From positions 1 to 39,529 of IMG/VR virus record IMGVR_UViG_3300017774_004628: a DNA stretch of 39,529 bases; one strand, 5' to 3'. The translations under genes and the position numbers were made by a program. Below, piece after piece: positions 27,907-37,400 of this stretch. The first letter of the stretch is position 1, and every line of letters starts with the position of its first letter. This DNA is from a virus. Taxonomy: Duplodnaviria > Caudoviricetes. The notes beneath the pieces were generated by a model. The model saw nothing but the letters and a program-made list of their open reading frames with translations. It had not been told where the DNA came from and ran no database searches.

Positions 27907-28716
27907 ATGAATAATAAAAAGATAAACACAGAATCTGACGTAAATACATTCGAAGTAAGAGGCTACTTTAAACCAGAAAGCAGCTTTAAAACTATATCAG
28001 AATGGGAACAAATAGCAAATCAATTTCTTGATCAACAAAATCAAGGGTTCGATACACGAGGTGGAAAAGTATCTGATAGTCCAAAGTTGGTAGATTTGAT
28101 AAATCGTAACTTTAATTATCAATATTATGTAGAACCTATCCAGTTTCCAAAGCTGAGTCAAAAAGTGGTGCTTGACTTTATAGAAGACTTTGTTAATTAT
28201 CGAGTGTGGGAAATGAGACATGATTTTGAAGATCATTTGCCAGATGTCGAGTCTTGCAGATTTGCATACTTCTATTCAAGAGGAAATATAGAACCATACG
28301 TATTACTCGATAGCGAGTTTACTAAAAATGCATACGGATCTAATGACATAGACACAGTTACATATCACTGGACTACAGAAGCTGGACTAATTAACTTGAT
28401 AGAGTCAATTAAAAAAGGTAACACATTTCCTATTTCTACATTTACAGTGCAGTCTAAACAATTTTTCAGACCTGAAAGTAGGTACTTGGTTAAATTAGTA
28501 GGTAAACTAATCGCAGCATTTCAATCTGATACAAAATCTTTTTCTACAGATATGGGCAATAAAGCCGCTAATATGTATAGATTCACTTTGCCTAATCATG
28601 AAGAAAATCTGTGTCCAGATTGGAAGACTTGTACGAGAGATCAAACTCATTTGTGGAATGAAATAATTGTTACACCAACTGGAATATTAAAGTACAAGAA
28701 AGTAGAAAGTCTATAA
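27907..28716 (+). CDS. Hypothetical protein, possible ADP-ribosyltransferase-like C-terminal domain
   Basis: TATTTAT at 27893; YHWT...ISTFT...NEIIV. Confidence 0.6.
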   Translation: MNNKKINTESDVNTFEVRGYFKPESSFKTISEWEQIANQFLDQQNQGFDTRGGKVSDSPKLVDLINRNFNYQYYVEPIQFPKLSQKVVLDFIEDFVNYRVWEMRHDFEDHLPDVESCRFAYFYSRGNIEPYVLLDSEFTKNAYGSNDIDTVTYHWTTEAGLINLIESIKKGNTFPISTFTVQSKQFFRPESRYLVKLVGKLIAAFQSDTKSFSTDMGNKAANMYRFTLPNHEENLCPDWKTCTRDQTHLWNEIIVTPTGILKYKKVESL

Positions 28717-28759
28717 TAAGACAATCGCAACAGCCGCATATTTATACATAAACAATTAG

Positions 28760-31276
28760 ATGCCACTAGTTTTAAGACTCAATAAGCTTAGCTCACTTAC
28801 TTTCACCGAACTCGATGGAAACTTCACATATCTTGATGGATTGATTGGAAGCAATACATCGAACATTGCTACGAATACATCAAATATTAGTACGAACACT
28901 ACTGATATTACTAATCTAGCAGACAGCAGAGTTACTACTTCAAGTTATAATGCATTTACAGGATCTGTACTAACCACATCAAGTTTCAATTCCTTTACGT
29001 CATCAATAGTCACAACAAGTTCTTTCAACGCATTTACATCAAGTGTTGTTACAACTTCTAGCTTTAATGATTTCACAAGTTCAGTAGTCACAACAAGTTC
29101 TTTCAACACATTTACAAGTTCTGTTGTAACTACATCTAGTTTCAATACGTTTACATCATCTGTCGTTACGACAAGTTCGTTTAATACATTCACATCAAGT
29201 GTTGTTACAACTTCTAGCTTTAATACATTTACAAGTTCTGTTGTTACAACTTCTAGCTTTAATACATTTACCTCAAGTGTAGTAACTACATCTAGTTTCA
29301 ATACATTTACAGCGAGCGTTATAACGACTGGAAGTTCTACCGCTAATCAAAGTATATCAGGATCTTTGAGTTTATCAGGATCTACGTATCTATTTGGTCT
29401 TGTTACAGCGTCTGCACCCATAACAACACCAAATGTGCTAGTTGTTAGTAGTTCAGGACAAGTGTTTGTGACAGCATCATCAGCAATTGGTGGAGGATCG
29501 ACTAATCTTTCTAGTTTAATTTTTAGTGGTAGTGTTACTGCTAGTGTGAATGTAACTACATCTAGTATATTTCAAATTACTAGTGGAAGTAGCACGTTTA
29601 TGGTTATTAACAATAGCGGAAGTGTGGGTATAGGAACAACAACACCGAGTGTATATAGTACATTTAGTGGATCAGCAGCATTGCATATAAAAAGCAGAGT
29701 AACAATATTTGAGGGAGAAGGTACAGGAAGTGCGGGTACCCTATTTACAAACAACGGAGGTAGAACATTCATTACAATGGATAGTTCAGATTTTGTTGCT
29801 TATACTGATAATCAAGGTAAACTACCTCAAAAATGGTTTCACGTTAGTAATGGATTTTATAGCAATCCACCACTATTGCGCTTAGATGGTAATTTAAGCA
29901 CAGTACCTGTATGGTCATTTAATTATAGTGGTAGTAGTAACCCAGATTATAGAGGCGTAGTCAATGTAAGAGGTGATGCAAACTATAATTTTGCTACAGC
30001 GATATATACTAGAACAAATACCGCATCTCAATGGAATAAAGAAAATGGCGATGGATACTACTCAGGCAGTTTATTTATAGGATCGGGTTCTATAGATAAA
30101 GGTTATAAACTAATGGTTACTGGATCAGGAGTATCAGGCTCATTAAACATAAATAATACTATATATGTTTCCGGAAGTAATTCAATTGATACTGGTAGTA
30201 ATGTAGGTATAGGAGTTATAAATCCACAAACTAGATTAGATGTAACGGGTTCTTTTAGAGTTAGTGGCGGCAGTGGTCAAGGTCAATTAACTGTATTTGG
30301 CAATGAGGCAGTATACATTGGTGGCGTAGTTACTAATTCTAGATTAGTAATGCAAGCCGGTCCTAATTCCAATTCTAATATGTGGTTTTATTATAATAAT
30401 ACATATACAGGCGAAATAGGAACAAATGGAGTATCTGGTAGATTAATCATAAATCCTGTAAGTGAGAGTGTATTTACCAGCAATGGTCAAGAAAGAATGA
30501 GATTAAATAAAGAGGGTAACTTACAGATAAGCGCATCATCACCAAATACAGATTCAGGATATAAAGTATTCATTGATAAGCCAGGGCCATCAGGTTCATT
30601 GAATGTAAGTAATATTATATACGTAAGTGGAAGTACTGTAACTATATCTGGTTCTCTATCAGTAGTAAGTGGCAGTACAGAATTTCAAGTGTTAGGCACT
30701 GGCATTAAAATGGGTAATTCTAGTTCAGATGCTCATACAATGACAGGCAGCTTTAGAATATTAGGAACAGGAAACACAGGTAGCATATTAACTATAATAG
30801 GATCAGGATCATTAAATCCAGTATTTACAGTACAAGGATCACAAGGCGAATTATTCAGTGTAACAGATAGTTTATCTGGATCTCTATTCTCGGTTAACGA
30901 TATATCTGGTCTACCAATCGTAAATGTAAATTCAGATCAAACAACAAAAATAGGTAGCTACCTAGCACCAGGAATGTACGCATCTACCAAGGTAACTGCT
31001 AATACAGGTGTAACAGTAATATATAGTATACCTACAGCATCATATGACTCAGCATATTTCGATTATAATATTAGATCAGGATCTGTAGGCCGAGCGGGTA
31101 ATATAATAGCAATGTGGAGTGGTAGCAGCGTTAATTATAGTGAAGTATCAGCATCATCATTCGGCACAATAAATACATTTGTGTTTGGAGTTAGTATATC
31201 AGGCAGCAATATGATATTATCAGGTTCTGCTCCAACAAACGAATGGACAGTTAAAACAATAGTAAAAGCAATATAA
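28760..31276 (+). CDS. Ser/Thr/Gly-rich virion fibre-like structural protein
   Basis: LTFTELDGNF N-term; NTSNI heptads; 13-aa repeats; VGIGTTTP, VGIG..PQTRLDVTG and ERMRL..EG beta-fibre motifs. Confidence 0.75.
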   Translation: MPLVLRLNKLSSLTFTELDGNFTYLDGLIGSNTSNIATNTSNISTNTTDITNLADSRVTTSSYNAFTGSVLTTSSFNSFTSSIVTTSSFNAFTSSVVTTSSFNDFTSSVVTTSSFNTFTSSVVTTSSFNTFTSSVVTTSSFNTFTSSVVTTSSFNTFTSSVVTTSSFNTFTSSVVTTSSFNTFTASVITTGSSTANQSISGSLSLSGSTYLFGLVTASAPITTPNVLVVSSSGQVFVTASSAIGGGSTNLSSLIFSGSVTASVNVTTSSIFQITSGSSTFMVINNSGSVGIGTTTPSVYSTFSGSAALHIKSRVTIFEGEGTGSAGTLFTNNGGRTFITMDSSDFVAYTDNQGKLPQKWFHVSNGFYSNPPLLRLDGNLSTVPVWSFNYSGSSNPDYRGVVNVRGDANYNFATAIYTRTNTASQWNKENGDGYYSGSLFIGSGSIDKGYKLMVTGSGVSGSLNINNTIYVSGSNSIDTGSNVGIGVINPQTRLDVTGSFRVSGGSGQGQLTVFGNEAVYIGGVVTNSRLVMQAGPNSNSNMWFYYNNTYTGEIGTNGVSGRLIINPVSESVFTSNGQERMRLNKEGNLQISASSPNTDSGYKVFIDKPGPSGSLNVSNIIYVSGSTVTISGSLSVVSGSTEFQVLGTGIKMGNSSSDAHTMTGSFRILGTGNTGSILTIIGSGSLNPVFTVQGSQGELFSVTDSLSGSLFSVNDISGLPIVNVNSDQTTKIGSYLAPGMYASTKVTANTGVTVIYSIPTASYDSAYFDYNIRSGSVGRAGNIIAMWSGSSVNYSEVSASSFGTINTFVFGVSISGSNMILSGSAPTNEWTVKTIVKAI
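28928..29317 (+). repeat. Ten in-frame 39-bp tandem repeats (VVTTSSFNTFTSS)
   Basis: Ten TTSS(F/Y)NxFT units; DNA variation is mostly synonymous. Confidence 0.95.
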
Positions 31277-31277
31277 C

Positions 31278-32063
31278 ATGGCATTTAGAATTGGAAATAA
31301 AATAATAACAGATGGATTAGTACTATATCTTGATGCGGGAAATCTGGTTTCATATCCTGGTAGTGGCACTACCTGGAAAGATTTATCGAGTAATGACAAT
31401 GATTTCACTTTAATTAATTCTCCTACTTATCAAAATTCATCTATAAGATTTAATCTTGATGGAACAATAAATCAATACGCTACATGCGTTAATAGTACAT
31501 TCGGTAATTTTAATAAAGAAGATTTTACAATAGAATATGTTGCAAATTTTCCATCCACAAATACACAATTTTCAGCAGTATTAAGTAATAATCATGGAGC
31601 TTATCATTCAACGGGATCAGCTACAGTGGCTGGATATAGTTTAGGAATAGTTAATCAAACATATTTTCAAGACAACGGATATAGAGCTAATAGTAATTTA
31701 GAACAATTTGGAGCTAATGCTACGAATATGCCATTAAAGGACCAGATAACTCATCAAGCTTATACTATTCAAAGAGGACCATCTAACGTAGATACAATAA
31801 CTGGTAAACTTTATAAAACAGGATCTTTGACTACAACAATAACATACGACATGGGGCCAACTAGATTCGCAACTGATGGGCGTAATCCTCTTGGAAATAG
31901 TAATATATCTAATACAATATATCCATTAACTATGATGAGAGCCGCTGCAAATTCATACTATGCAAGTGGTAGTCTATATCAAATAAGAGTATACAATAGA
32001 GTGCTATCATCAACAGAAGTAACACAAAATTATAATGCATTAAAATACCGATTCGGATTATAA
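31278..32063 (+). CDS. LamG/concanavalin A-like domain structural protein
   Basis: TDGLVLYLDAGN.SYPGSGTTWKDLS N-term; IRVYNRVLSSTEVTQNYNA C-term. Confidence 0.85.
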   Translation: MAFRIGNKIITDGLVLYLDAGNLVSYPGSGTTWKDLSSNDNDFTLINSPTYQNSSIRFNLDGTINQYATCVNSTFGNFNKEDFTIEYVANFPSTNTQFSAVLSNNHGAYHSTGSATVAGYSLGIVNQTYFQDNGYRANSNLEQFGANATNMPLKDQITHQAYTIQRGPSNVDTITGKLYKTGSLTTTITYDMGPTRFATDGRNPLGNSNISNTIYPLTMMRAAANSYYASGSLYQIRVYNRVLSSTEVTQNYNALKYRFGL

Positions 32064-32064
32064 T

Positions 32065-32670
32065 ATGGCAAATAGTACAGTACAAGGTGGACCAAGTGCA
32101 TACGAAACAGTGGCTATAACACAAACTTTACCTAATAGTACAATAGGTATTGTAAATTGGACAGTTAGAAACCTTAATATAGATCGACTTATAGACGGTA
32201 CCTTAATACCGGAAATACAGGATAATACTGAATGGGTTAACGCTTTCTCCACCCCAGCATGGTGTTATTATAATAATGATCCTGCTAATGGTCCTATATA
32301 TGGTAAATTATATAATAAAGCTGCATATGAGTCTCAATTACTTATAATACCTGGATTTAGAAGAGCAGATTTTAATGATTACGTTAGGTTAATTGAATTA
32401 TATAGATACCCTAGCTATGATGGTTCATATTTTAGAGAAACTGGGTATGAACACTGGAATACTAGTTTTGTACCTGGTTTAGATGGAATTGGCTTTAAAG
32501 CATTAGGAGGCGGCTACAGGAATCAGAGCGATGGCACTTTTTCTAGTTTTAAAGAAATAGCATCTTTTGGTGCCTCGGAGGATAAACAATTTATTATAGG
32601 TGATCAAAATAACACTGATGATTTTTCTACTGATTATAGAGGATCATCAGTACGCTTAATCAAAATTTAA
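32065..32670 (+). CDS. Fib_succ_major (FISUMP) domain protein
   Basis: WTVRNLN, PAWCYYNND.ANG.IYGKLYN, GFKALGGGYR, GSSVRLIK. Confidence 0.8.
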   Translation: MANSTVQGGPSAYETVAITQTLPNSTIGIVNWTVRNLNIDRLIDGTLIPEIQDNTEWVNAFSTPAWCYYNNDPANGPIYGKLYNKAAYESQLLIIPGFRRADFNDYVRLIELYRYPSYDGSYFRETGYEHWNTSFVPGLDGIGFKALGGGYRNQSDGTFSSFKEIASFGASEDKQFIIGDQNNTDDFSTDYRGSSVRLIKI

Positions 32671-32774
32671 TTTGCTTAGTCAAAATTCTCTTGTTATATT
32701 ACTAGAAATTTATTTTGAATACAATCAAAAGTAATCATTATATTTAATTATCAATAACCAAAATCAAATAATAT

Positions 32775-33014
32775 ATGGCAGATTTCTCAAAACAGTGGTG
32801 CGAGCTTTATGATCCTGAAATGCCGCACGATTTCGACATAGAAGATATAGTAAAAAAAATAGAACCAGGTTATTATCGTTCAGAAATATGTGAAGGATTT
32901 GGATTCACAGCTATAGCAAAAGAAGAATCAGGTGATATATCTCTATACATTCCTAATCGAGGTTGGCAGAACTACGAGAAGTTTATCAATGAACATACAA
33001 GACGAGAATTATAA
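32775..33014 (+). CDS. Hypothetical protein
   Basis: MADFSKQWC...ICEG.G; TATATTTA at 32739. Confidence 0.7.
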   Translation: MADFSKQWCELYDPEMPHDFDIEDIVKKIEPGYYRSEICEGFGFTAIAKEESGDISLYIPNRGWQNYEKFINEHTRREL

Positions 33015-33065
33015 TCGAGAACATTACTAGATAAAAAACTATATATCACCAATAAAATAAAAGTT

Positions 33066-34010
33066 ATGATTAATAAAATAGGTTACGCGTGTATCAATTT
33101 ATCCTTAGGCAAGTCTGTCACCACAAACAGAGGCATGACACTCAAAACATTCAAAGCTAAAGGACCAGATTATGTGTCTGAACTGGCACTTAGGAATGCT
33201 CAAGATGTTATTAAAATTCTTCAATGGAACGAACAGCATAACATAAAGATGTTTAGGCTCTCATCTGCGCTGATTCCGTGGGGCAATGTAGTTGATATAG
33301 ATTCTCTAAAAGACATAGACCAAATAGCTGCAGCACTCAAACAAGCTGGAGATTATGCAGATCAACACGGCCACAGAATTAGTACCCATCCCGGTCCATA
33401 CACAGTTATAGCATCAACAAACAATAACGTAGTAGTAAACGCTATCAAAGATTTAGAGATGCACGCCAAAGTATTTGATCTTATGGGTCTAAGTATGACT
33501 CCATACAATAAAATAAACATACACGTCAATACTACGACAAATGGCAAGAAAGAATCTATGAAGAGATTCTGCGATGCATATTGGCATCTATCAGATTCAA
33601 TAAGATCTAGATTAGTAGTAGAGAATGACGACAAAGCAAGTCAATATGCTGTAGAAGATCTGATGTATGTACATGAATCGATAGGCATTCCAATAACATT
33701 CGACTATTTCCATCATTCTCACCAACCAGGATCATTATCAGAAGAGCAAGCATTAAAGTTGGCAGCAACAACATGGCCCGAAGGCATTGTACAAGCTGTA
33801 CATTATAGCGAAAGCAAAAGATTACACGAAAACAATCCTAAAGAAAATGCAAGAGCACACTCAGATATGATACACAATTTACCAGAAACATATGGTGTTA
33901 CTATTGATGTTATGACAGAGTGTAAGTTAAAAGATTTAGCCATATTACCGCACTTACCACTCAAATCTAATTATCTTACAAGTAGAAAACATTCATTAAT
34001 ACTATCATAA
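33066..34010 (+). CDS. uvsE: UV DNA damage endonuclease
   Basis: IGYACIN, FRLSS, HPGPY, NIH, VENDD, FDYFHH, HYSES, AHSD, ECKLKD. Confidence 0.92.
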   Translation: MINKIGYACINLSLGKSVTTNRGMTLKTFKAKGPDYVSELALRNAQDVIKILQWNEQHNIKMFRLSSALIPWGNVVDIDSLKDIDQIAAALKQAGDYADQHGHRISTHPGPYTVIASTNNNVVVNAIKDLEMHAKVFDLMGLSMTPYNKINIHVNTTTNGKKESMKRFCDAYWHLSDSIRSRLVVENDDKASQYAVEDLMYVHESIGIPITFDYFHHSHQPGSLSEEQALKLAATTWPEGIVQAVHYSESKRLHENNPKENARAHSDMIHNLPETYGVTIDVMTECKLKDLAILPHLPLKSNYLTSRKHSLILS

Positions 34011-34031
34011 CTTGCAAAAAATGCAAGTTTT
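34009..34031 (+). terminator. Hairpin, possible terminator
   Basis: AACTTGCA-AAAAA-TGCAAGTT then TTG. Confidence 0.5.
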
Positions 34032-34108
34032 GTCACTTTATACATAAAACATAATCTTTATTAGTAATCCAAGAATTAGTATATTTAATTAACTAAAAAA
34101 AAACAATT

Positions 34109-34390
34109 ATGCCACTAAAACAAAAAACAAAACCAGTAAATCAAGAAGAAGTAGTACCGCAAAACAATTTCAATTTAACACAGACACAATTTGAAGATTT
34201 AAAAAACGTTATAGACATATTAGGAGATGCTAGACGTATGTGTAACGAATTTAACGAGAATGACACTTTTCAAAATTCATTTGTAATGTTCCAGCTTGGT
34301 AAAATTTACAGTGCAATTGACAGATCAGAAGATATGCTGCTTAGCATAACAGATGTTGTAGATTCATGTGAAGATTGCGATGACTTATAA
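34109..34390 (+). CDS. Hypothetical protein
   Basis: TATATTTA at 34080; A-rich leader. Confidence 0.7.
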   Translation: MPLKQKTKPVNQEEVVPQNNFNLTQTQFEDLKNVIDILGDARRMCNEFNENDTFQNSFVMFQLGKIYSAIDRSEDMLLSITDVVDSCEDCDDL

Positions 34391-34405
34391 ATAAAATCTA
34401 CACGT

Positions 34406-34693
34406 ATGAAAAAATATCTTGGAGCCATACTCATTTTATCTAGTGTTGCTATGCTATTCATAGCACTACGTTACCAAATGAGTGAGCTAAAAACAGTTAG
34501 ACAACAAGTAGAATCTCAGCGTCTAAAAGTAGTAGTATACGATTCATTAAAAAGAACATGCGATTCTATTGAGTCTGAATTATTTATAGAGCATATAAAT
34601 GTAGGTCGATATGAATCTGCACTATATAGACTAGAATCAGAAGACTCAATAACAGCTGCTATATTTCAAATATACTTAAACCAATCAGAATAA
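34406..34693 (+). CDS. N-terminal TM/signal + coiled-coil protein
   Basis: MKKYLGAILILSSVAMLFIAL. Confidence 0.65.
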   Translation: MKKYLGAILILSSVAMLFIALRYQMSELKTVRQQVESQRLKVVVYDSLKRTCDSIESELFIEHINVGRYESALYRLESEDSITAAIFQIYLNQSE

Positions 34694-35031
34694 TGTATGT
34701 ATTTTACGGAATTTTATGGGGAGTTATTGCACAAGTAATTACTTACTTTCAATTACAAGGTCAATTGAAGTATGATATACTAAAACAAAACATGTGGTTT
34801 ACCGTTCTACTTGGTATTCCTATCTCGTATATGTTTATGCAATCAGTTAAGAACTTTGTATTGGCATTCGATGGTCAGATTTGGCCAAGTAGATTATTGG
34901 GTTTTGGCATTGGAGTTATTGTATTCACTGTAATGTCAGAACTTCTATTCAAAGAACCATTCACATTAAAAACTGGAATATGCCTGCTTTTGGGATTGGC
35001 TATAATATTAGTACAACTATTTTGGAAATAA
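34693..35031 (+). CDS. Four-TM DMT/SMR-like membrane protein
   Basis: Four hydrophobic helices; VFTVMSELLFKEP...G..L pattern. Confidence 0.6.
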   Translation: MYVFYGILWGVIAQVITYFQLQGQLKYDILKQNMWFTVLLGIPISYMFMQSVKNFVLAFDGQIWPSRLLGFGIGVIVFTVMSELLFKEPFTLKTGICLLLGLAIILVQLFWK

Positions 35032-35043
35032 AAAAATAATTTG

Positions 35044-35337
35044 ATGCAAACAGGAATATTACATTTAACACAAGATCGAGGTTGGATTATTAAATACGAA
35101 AAAACCATCCACACATTGGTCGGCAAACATGATTATAAGATCAACAGAAAAGAATCAGAAATCATGATACATCCTAAACACAATTTATGGTTGATCGTTC
35201 ACGCCAAACAAGGAGCTGATGTATGTTTTGAAGTAGAGACCATCGCTACTGGTCAAGATGAGTGGACTGTGTTAGATACAGACGTAGCTGTGTTAAAGCA
35301 ATCCAATACAGCAGTAATAACAAATCCTCAAGACTAG
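35044..35337 (+). CDS. Hypothetical protein (related to the N-term of 36235)
   Basis: GIL...GW..Y...G..V.FE shared pattern. Confidence 0.6.
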   Translation: MQTGILHLTQDRGWIIKYEKTIHTLVGKHDYKINRKESEIMIHPKHNLWLIVHAKQGADVCFEVETIATGQDEWTVLDTDVAVLKQSNTAVITNPQD

Positions 35338-35338
35338 C

Positions 35339-35542
35339 ATGACAGTAAAAGAATTAATAGAGCATTTACAAACATTAGATCCTGAGCTAAGAGTATTTAC
35401 TAAGGGATATGAAGGTGGATACGAAGATGCTACAGCTCCAACTACTATCCACAACTTTGTACTAAACTACCACGAACAGTGGTATTATGGTCCACATAAA
35501 ATAGTTGAAGAGAATAGCGATGTAAAAGGTATAGTATTATAA
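35339..35542 (+). CDS. Small phage protein (MTVKELIE family)
   Basis: MTVKELIEHLQTLDP...GYEGG. Confidence 0.75.
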   Translation: MTVKELIEHLQTLDPELRVFTKGYEGGYEDATAPTTIHNFVLNYHEQWYYGPHKIVEENSDVKGIVL

Positions 35543-35557
35543 AAAAATAATTTACTA

Positions 35558-35758
35558 ATGCTAGAGTTTAAGAACCCAATACCAGTAATAGTAGAAACTA
35601 ATAAAGAAGGCTACGCTATATATGTTACGTGTGGCGGTGCTTTTGAAAACGATATATGGTGTGTAGTGCTGTGCGATAGTGGTACGATTAGACACTACAG
35701 ATCTGATCAGATTAAGATGCATCACAATGCAACGTTAGACATTAAAAAAGTAACGTAA
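35558..35758 (+). CDS. Hypothetical protein
   Basis: 66-aa ORF in a tightly packed run. Confidence 0.65.
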   Translation: MLEFKNPIPVIVETNKEGYAIYVTCGGAFENDIWCVVLCDSGTIRHYRSDQIKMHHNATLDIKKVT

Positions 35759-35964
35759 TGAATAGCTCAATCAAACCGGGTGATAAAATAAAAATAATCA
35801 AAGACAGGATCGGAAATAAGATGTTAGCAAATGTAGAATTAGGAGAAGAGCTAGTTATCACCAGCATATCTGAATGTGGCAAGATAATGTATCATCACAA
35901 TAGTCTGGCTTTGCCCGTAAACAGCGACTGCTATAAAAAAATATCAATCACACCCATCAATTAA
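35758..35964 (+). CDS. Hypothetical protein (SH3/KOW-like start)
   Basis: IKPGDKIKI; TAATG overlap. Confidence 0.6.
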   Translation: MNSSIKPGDKIKIIKDRIGNKMLANVELGEELVITSISECGKIMYHHNSLALPVNSDCYKKISITPIN

Positions 35965-36001
35965 AGCTCCGCTTTCGAATTAAAAAGTTTAAATTAATAA
36001 T

Positions 36002-36238
36002 ATGAAATTCATAACACTAACAGGGAATGGAGGACGTAGAGTCTTAATCAATCCAATGATGATAACAACATTACAAGAGGAAGAGGAAGCAGACCCACCA
36101 CTAAAGACTAAGGTATATACAATGGGTGATGATAGAAGGTATGTGAAGGAGACAATAGAAGAGATCTTAGAGCTAATAAAAAAATCAGAAAATACAACCA
36201 CTGTCACTTGGAAGACAGGAACAACACCGCATATATGA
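36002..36238 (+). CDS. FlbD-like small protein
   Basis: FITLT...LINPMMITT...YVKETIEEILELI. Confidence 0.6.
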   Translation: MKFITLTGNGGRRVLINPMMITTLQEEEEADPPLKTKVYTMGDDRRYVKETIEEILELIKKSENTTTVTWKTGTTPHI

Positions 36239-36735
36239 AAGGAATATTAAAACACACATCAGCAGGTTGGTTTGTTATGTATAGTGTAATGAGAGATGAA
36301 ATAACATCTGGTTATGACTCTCTTCCTTTATACCAAGAAACATTTGATCAAACTGCAGATCAGCCAATAATACCATTAGTAGATGGCAAACAAGTAGAGT
36401 TCGAGATAATAATAGAAACACCAACATTTCTTACAGTAGCCAAACTAATCAAAGAATATCCAGAACTAGAAGGTACAATGAATCTATGTGAAGATATCAT
36501 TGAGAAGAGGACAGGAAAGATGACAGAAGAAGAGTGGCGAGCAGCAGAGAATAAACTAAAACCAAAATACACAGCAGATAAAGGTATATCATTCTATATT
36601 GAAAAATTAGATTCACAAAGAGTGTATAGTGAGGAAGAAGTCATTGACTTTCTACAAGAAATGAATGATTGGCCTACAACTTTTGAAGGAAGAATTGATA
36701 TTAGAGAATGGTTTGAACAATTTAAAAAGAAATAA
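36235..36735 (+). CDS. Mosaic hypothetical phage protein
   Basis: ATGA overlap places the start at 36235; modules YPELEGTMNLCEDII, YSEEEV, WFEQFKKK. Confidence 0.7.
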   Translation: MKGILKHTSAGWFVMYSVMRDEITSGYDSLPLYQETFDQTADQPIIPLVDGKQVEFEIIIETPTFLTVAKLIKEYPELEGTMNLCEDIIEKRTGKMTEEEWRAAENKLKPKYTADKGISFYIEKLDSQRVYSEEEVIDFLQEMNDWPTTFEGRIDIREWFEQFKKK

Positions 36736-36835
36736 TGGTATACATACTAATAATAATAACAGGATGGGAGATATTAAAATGGGGAGTAGGCAAGATAGCT
36801 GATAATTTTTTAAACAACGACTAAAAACAAAGACT

Positions 36836-37042
36836 ATGATAATAGATTACATTAGATCACATTATGAAGTAAGAGCAAAAGATATAGATCCAGATACAGG
36901 AGAGATATCTAGAGACTGGCCAGTAGCAATAACAAGAAGCAATGCATCAGCAGACATGATTATATATGCTTTGAATAAATGCTCAGATGAACCCAATAGA
37001 GAATTTTATACAGTCTATAGAGACACGATAACAAACTGTTAA
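36836..37042 (+). CDS. Hypothetical protein
   Basis: A-rich leader, 68 aa. Confidence 0.6.
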   Translation: MIIDYIRSHYEVRAKDIDPDTGEISRDWPVAITRSNASADMIIYALNKCSDEPNREFYTVYRDTITNC

Positions 37043-37057
37043 AATAAAACGTATAAT

Positions 37058-37390
37058 ATGACAGAAAAAAAAGTAATACTCGCAAAGACAGAGTTCGATG
37101 CAATGGAAGCAGAACTGCAGGACTTGAGAGCCATAGTCAGAAGCAGAACTGTAGTTCAGATATTAGAAGAGTCCTTAAAATGGCATGTGGTTTATAATAG
37201 AGCAAGCGGTACCAGAATCAAATACATATTAGGAACCGATAGCGATGAAGAAAAAATGAAAGTGCTAGCAGACGCAATTGAGTACGCATACAAGAAGTTA
37301 GCGAAGGTGGAATCGGATTTGCGTGATAGTCATTTAGAAATAAAAGAATTAAAAGCTCAAACATGGTACCAAAAATTATTCAACAAATAA
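37058..37390 (+). CDS. Coiled-coil hypothetical protein
   Basis: Leader AAATAAAACGTATAATATG; ends WYQKLF. Confidence 0.7.
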   Translation: MTEKKVILAKTEFDAMEAELQDLRAIVRSRTVVQILEESLKWHVVYNRASGTRIKYILGTDSDEEKMKVLADAIEYAYKKLAKVESDLRDSHLEIKELKAQTWYQKLFNK

Positions 37391-37400
37391 AACGTATAAT

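Noticed and set aside
28928-29317. 39-bp periodic repeat as a CRISPR array
   Set aside because: Units are contiguous, in frame and vary synonymously; there are no unique spacers or cas genes
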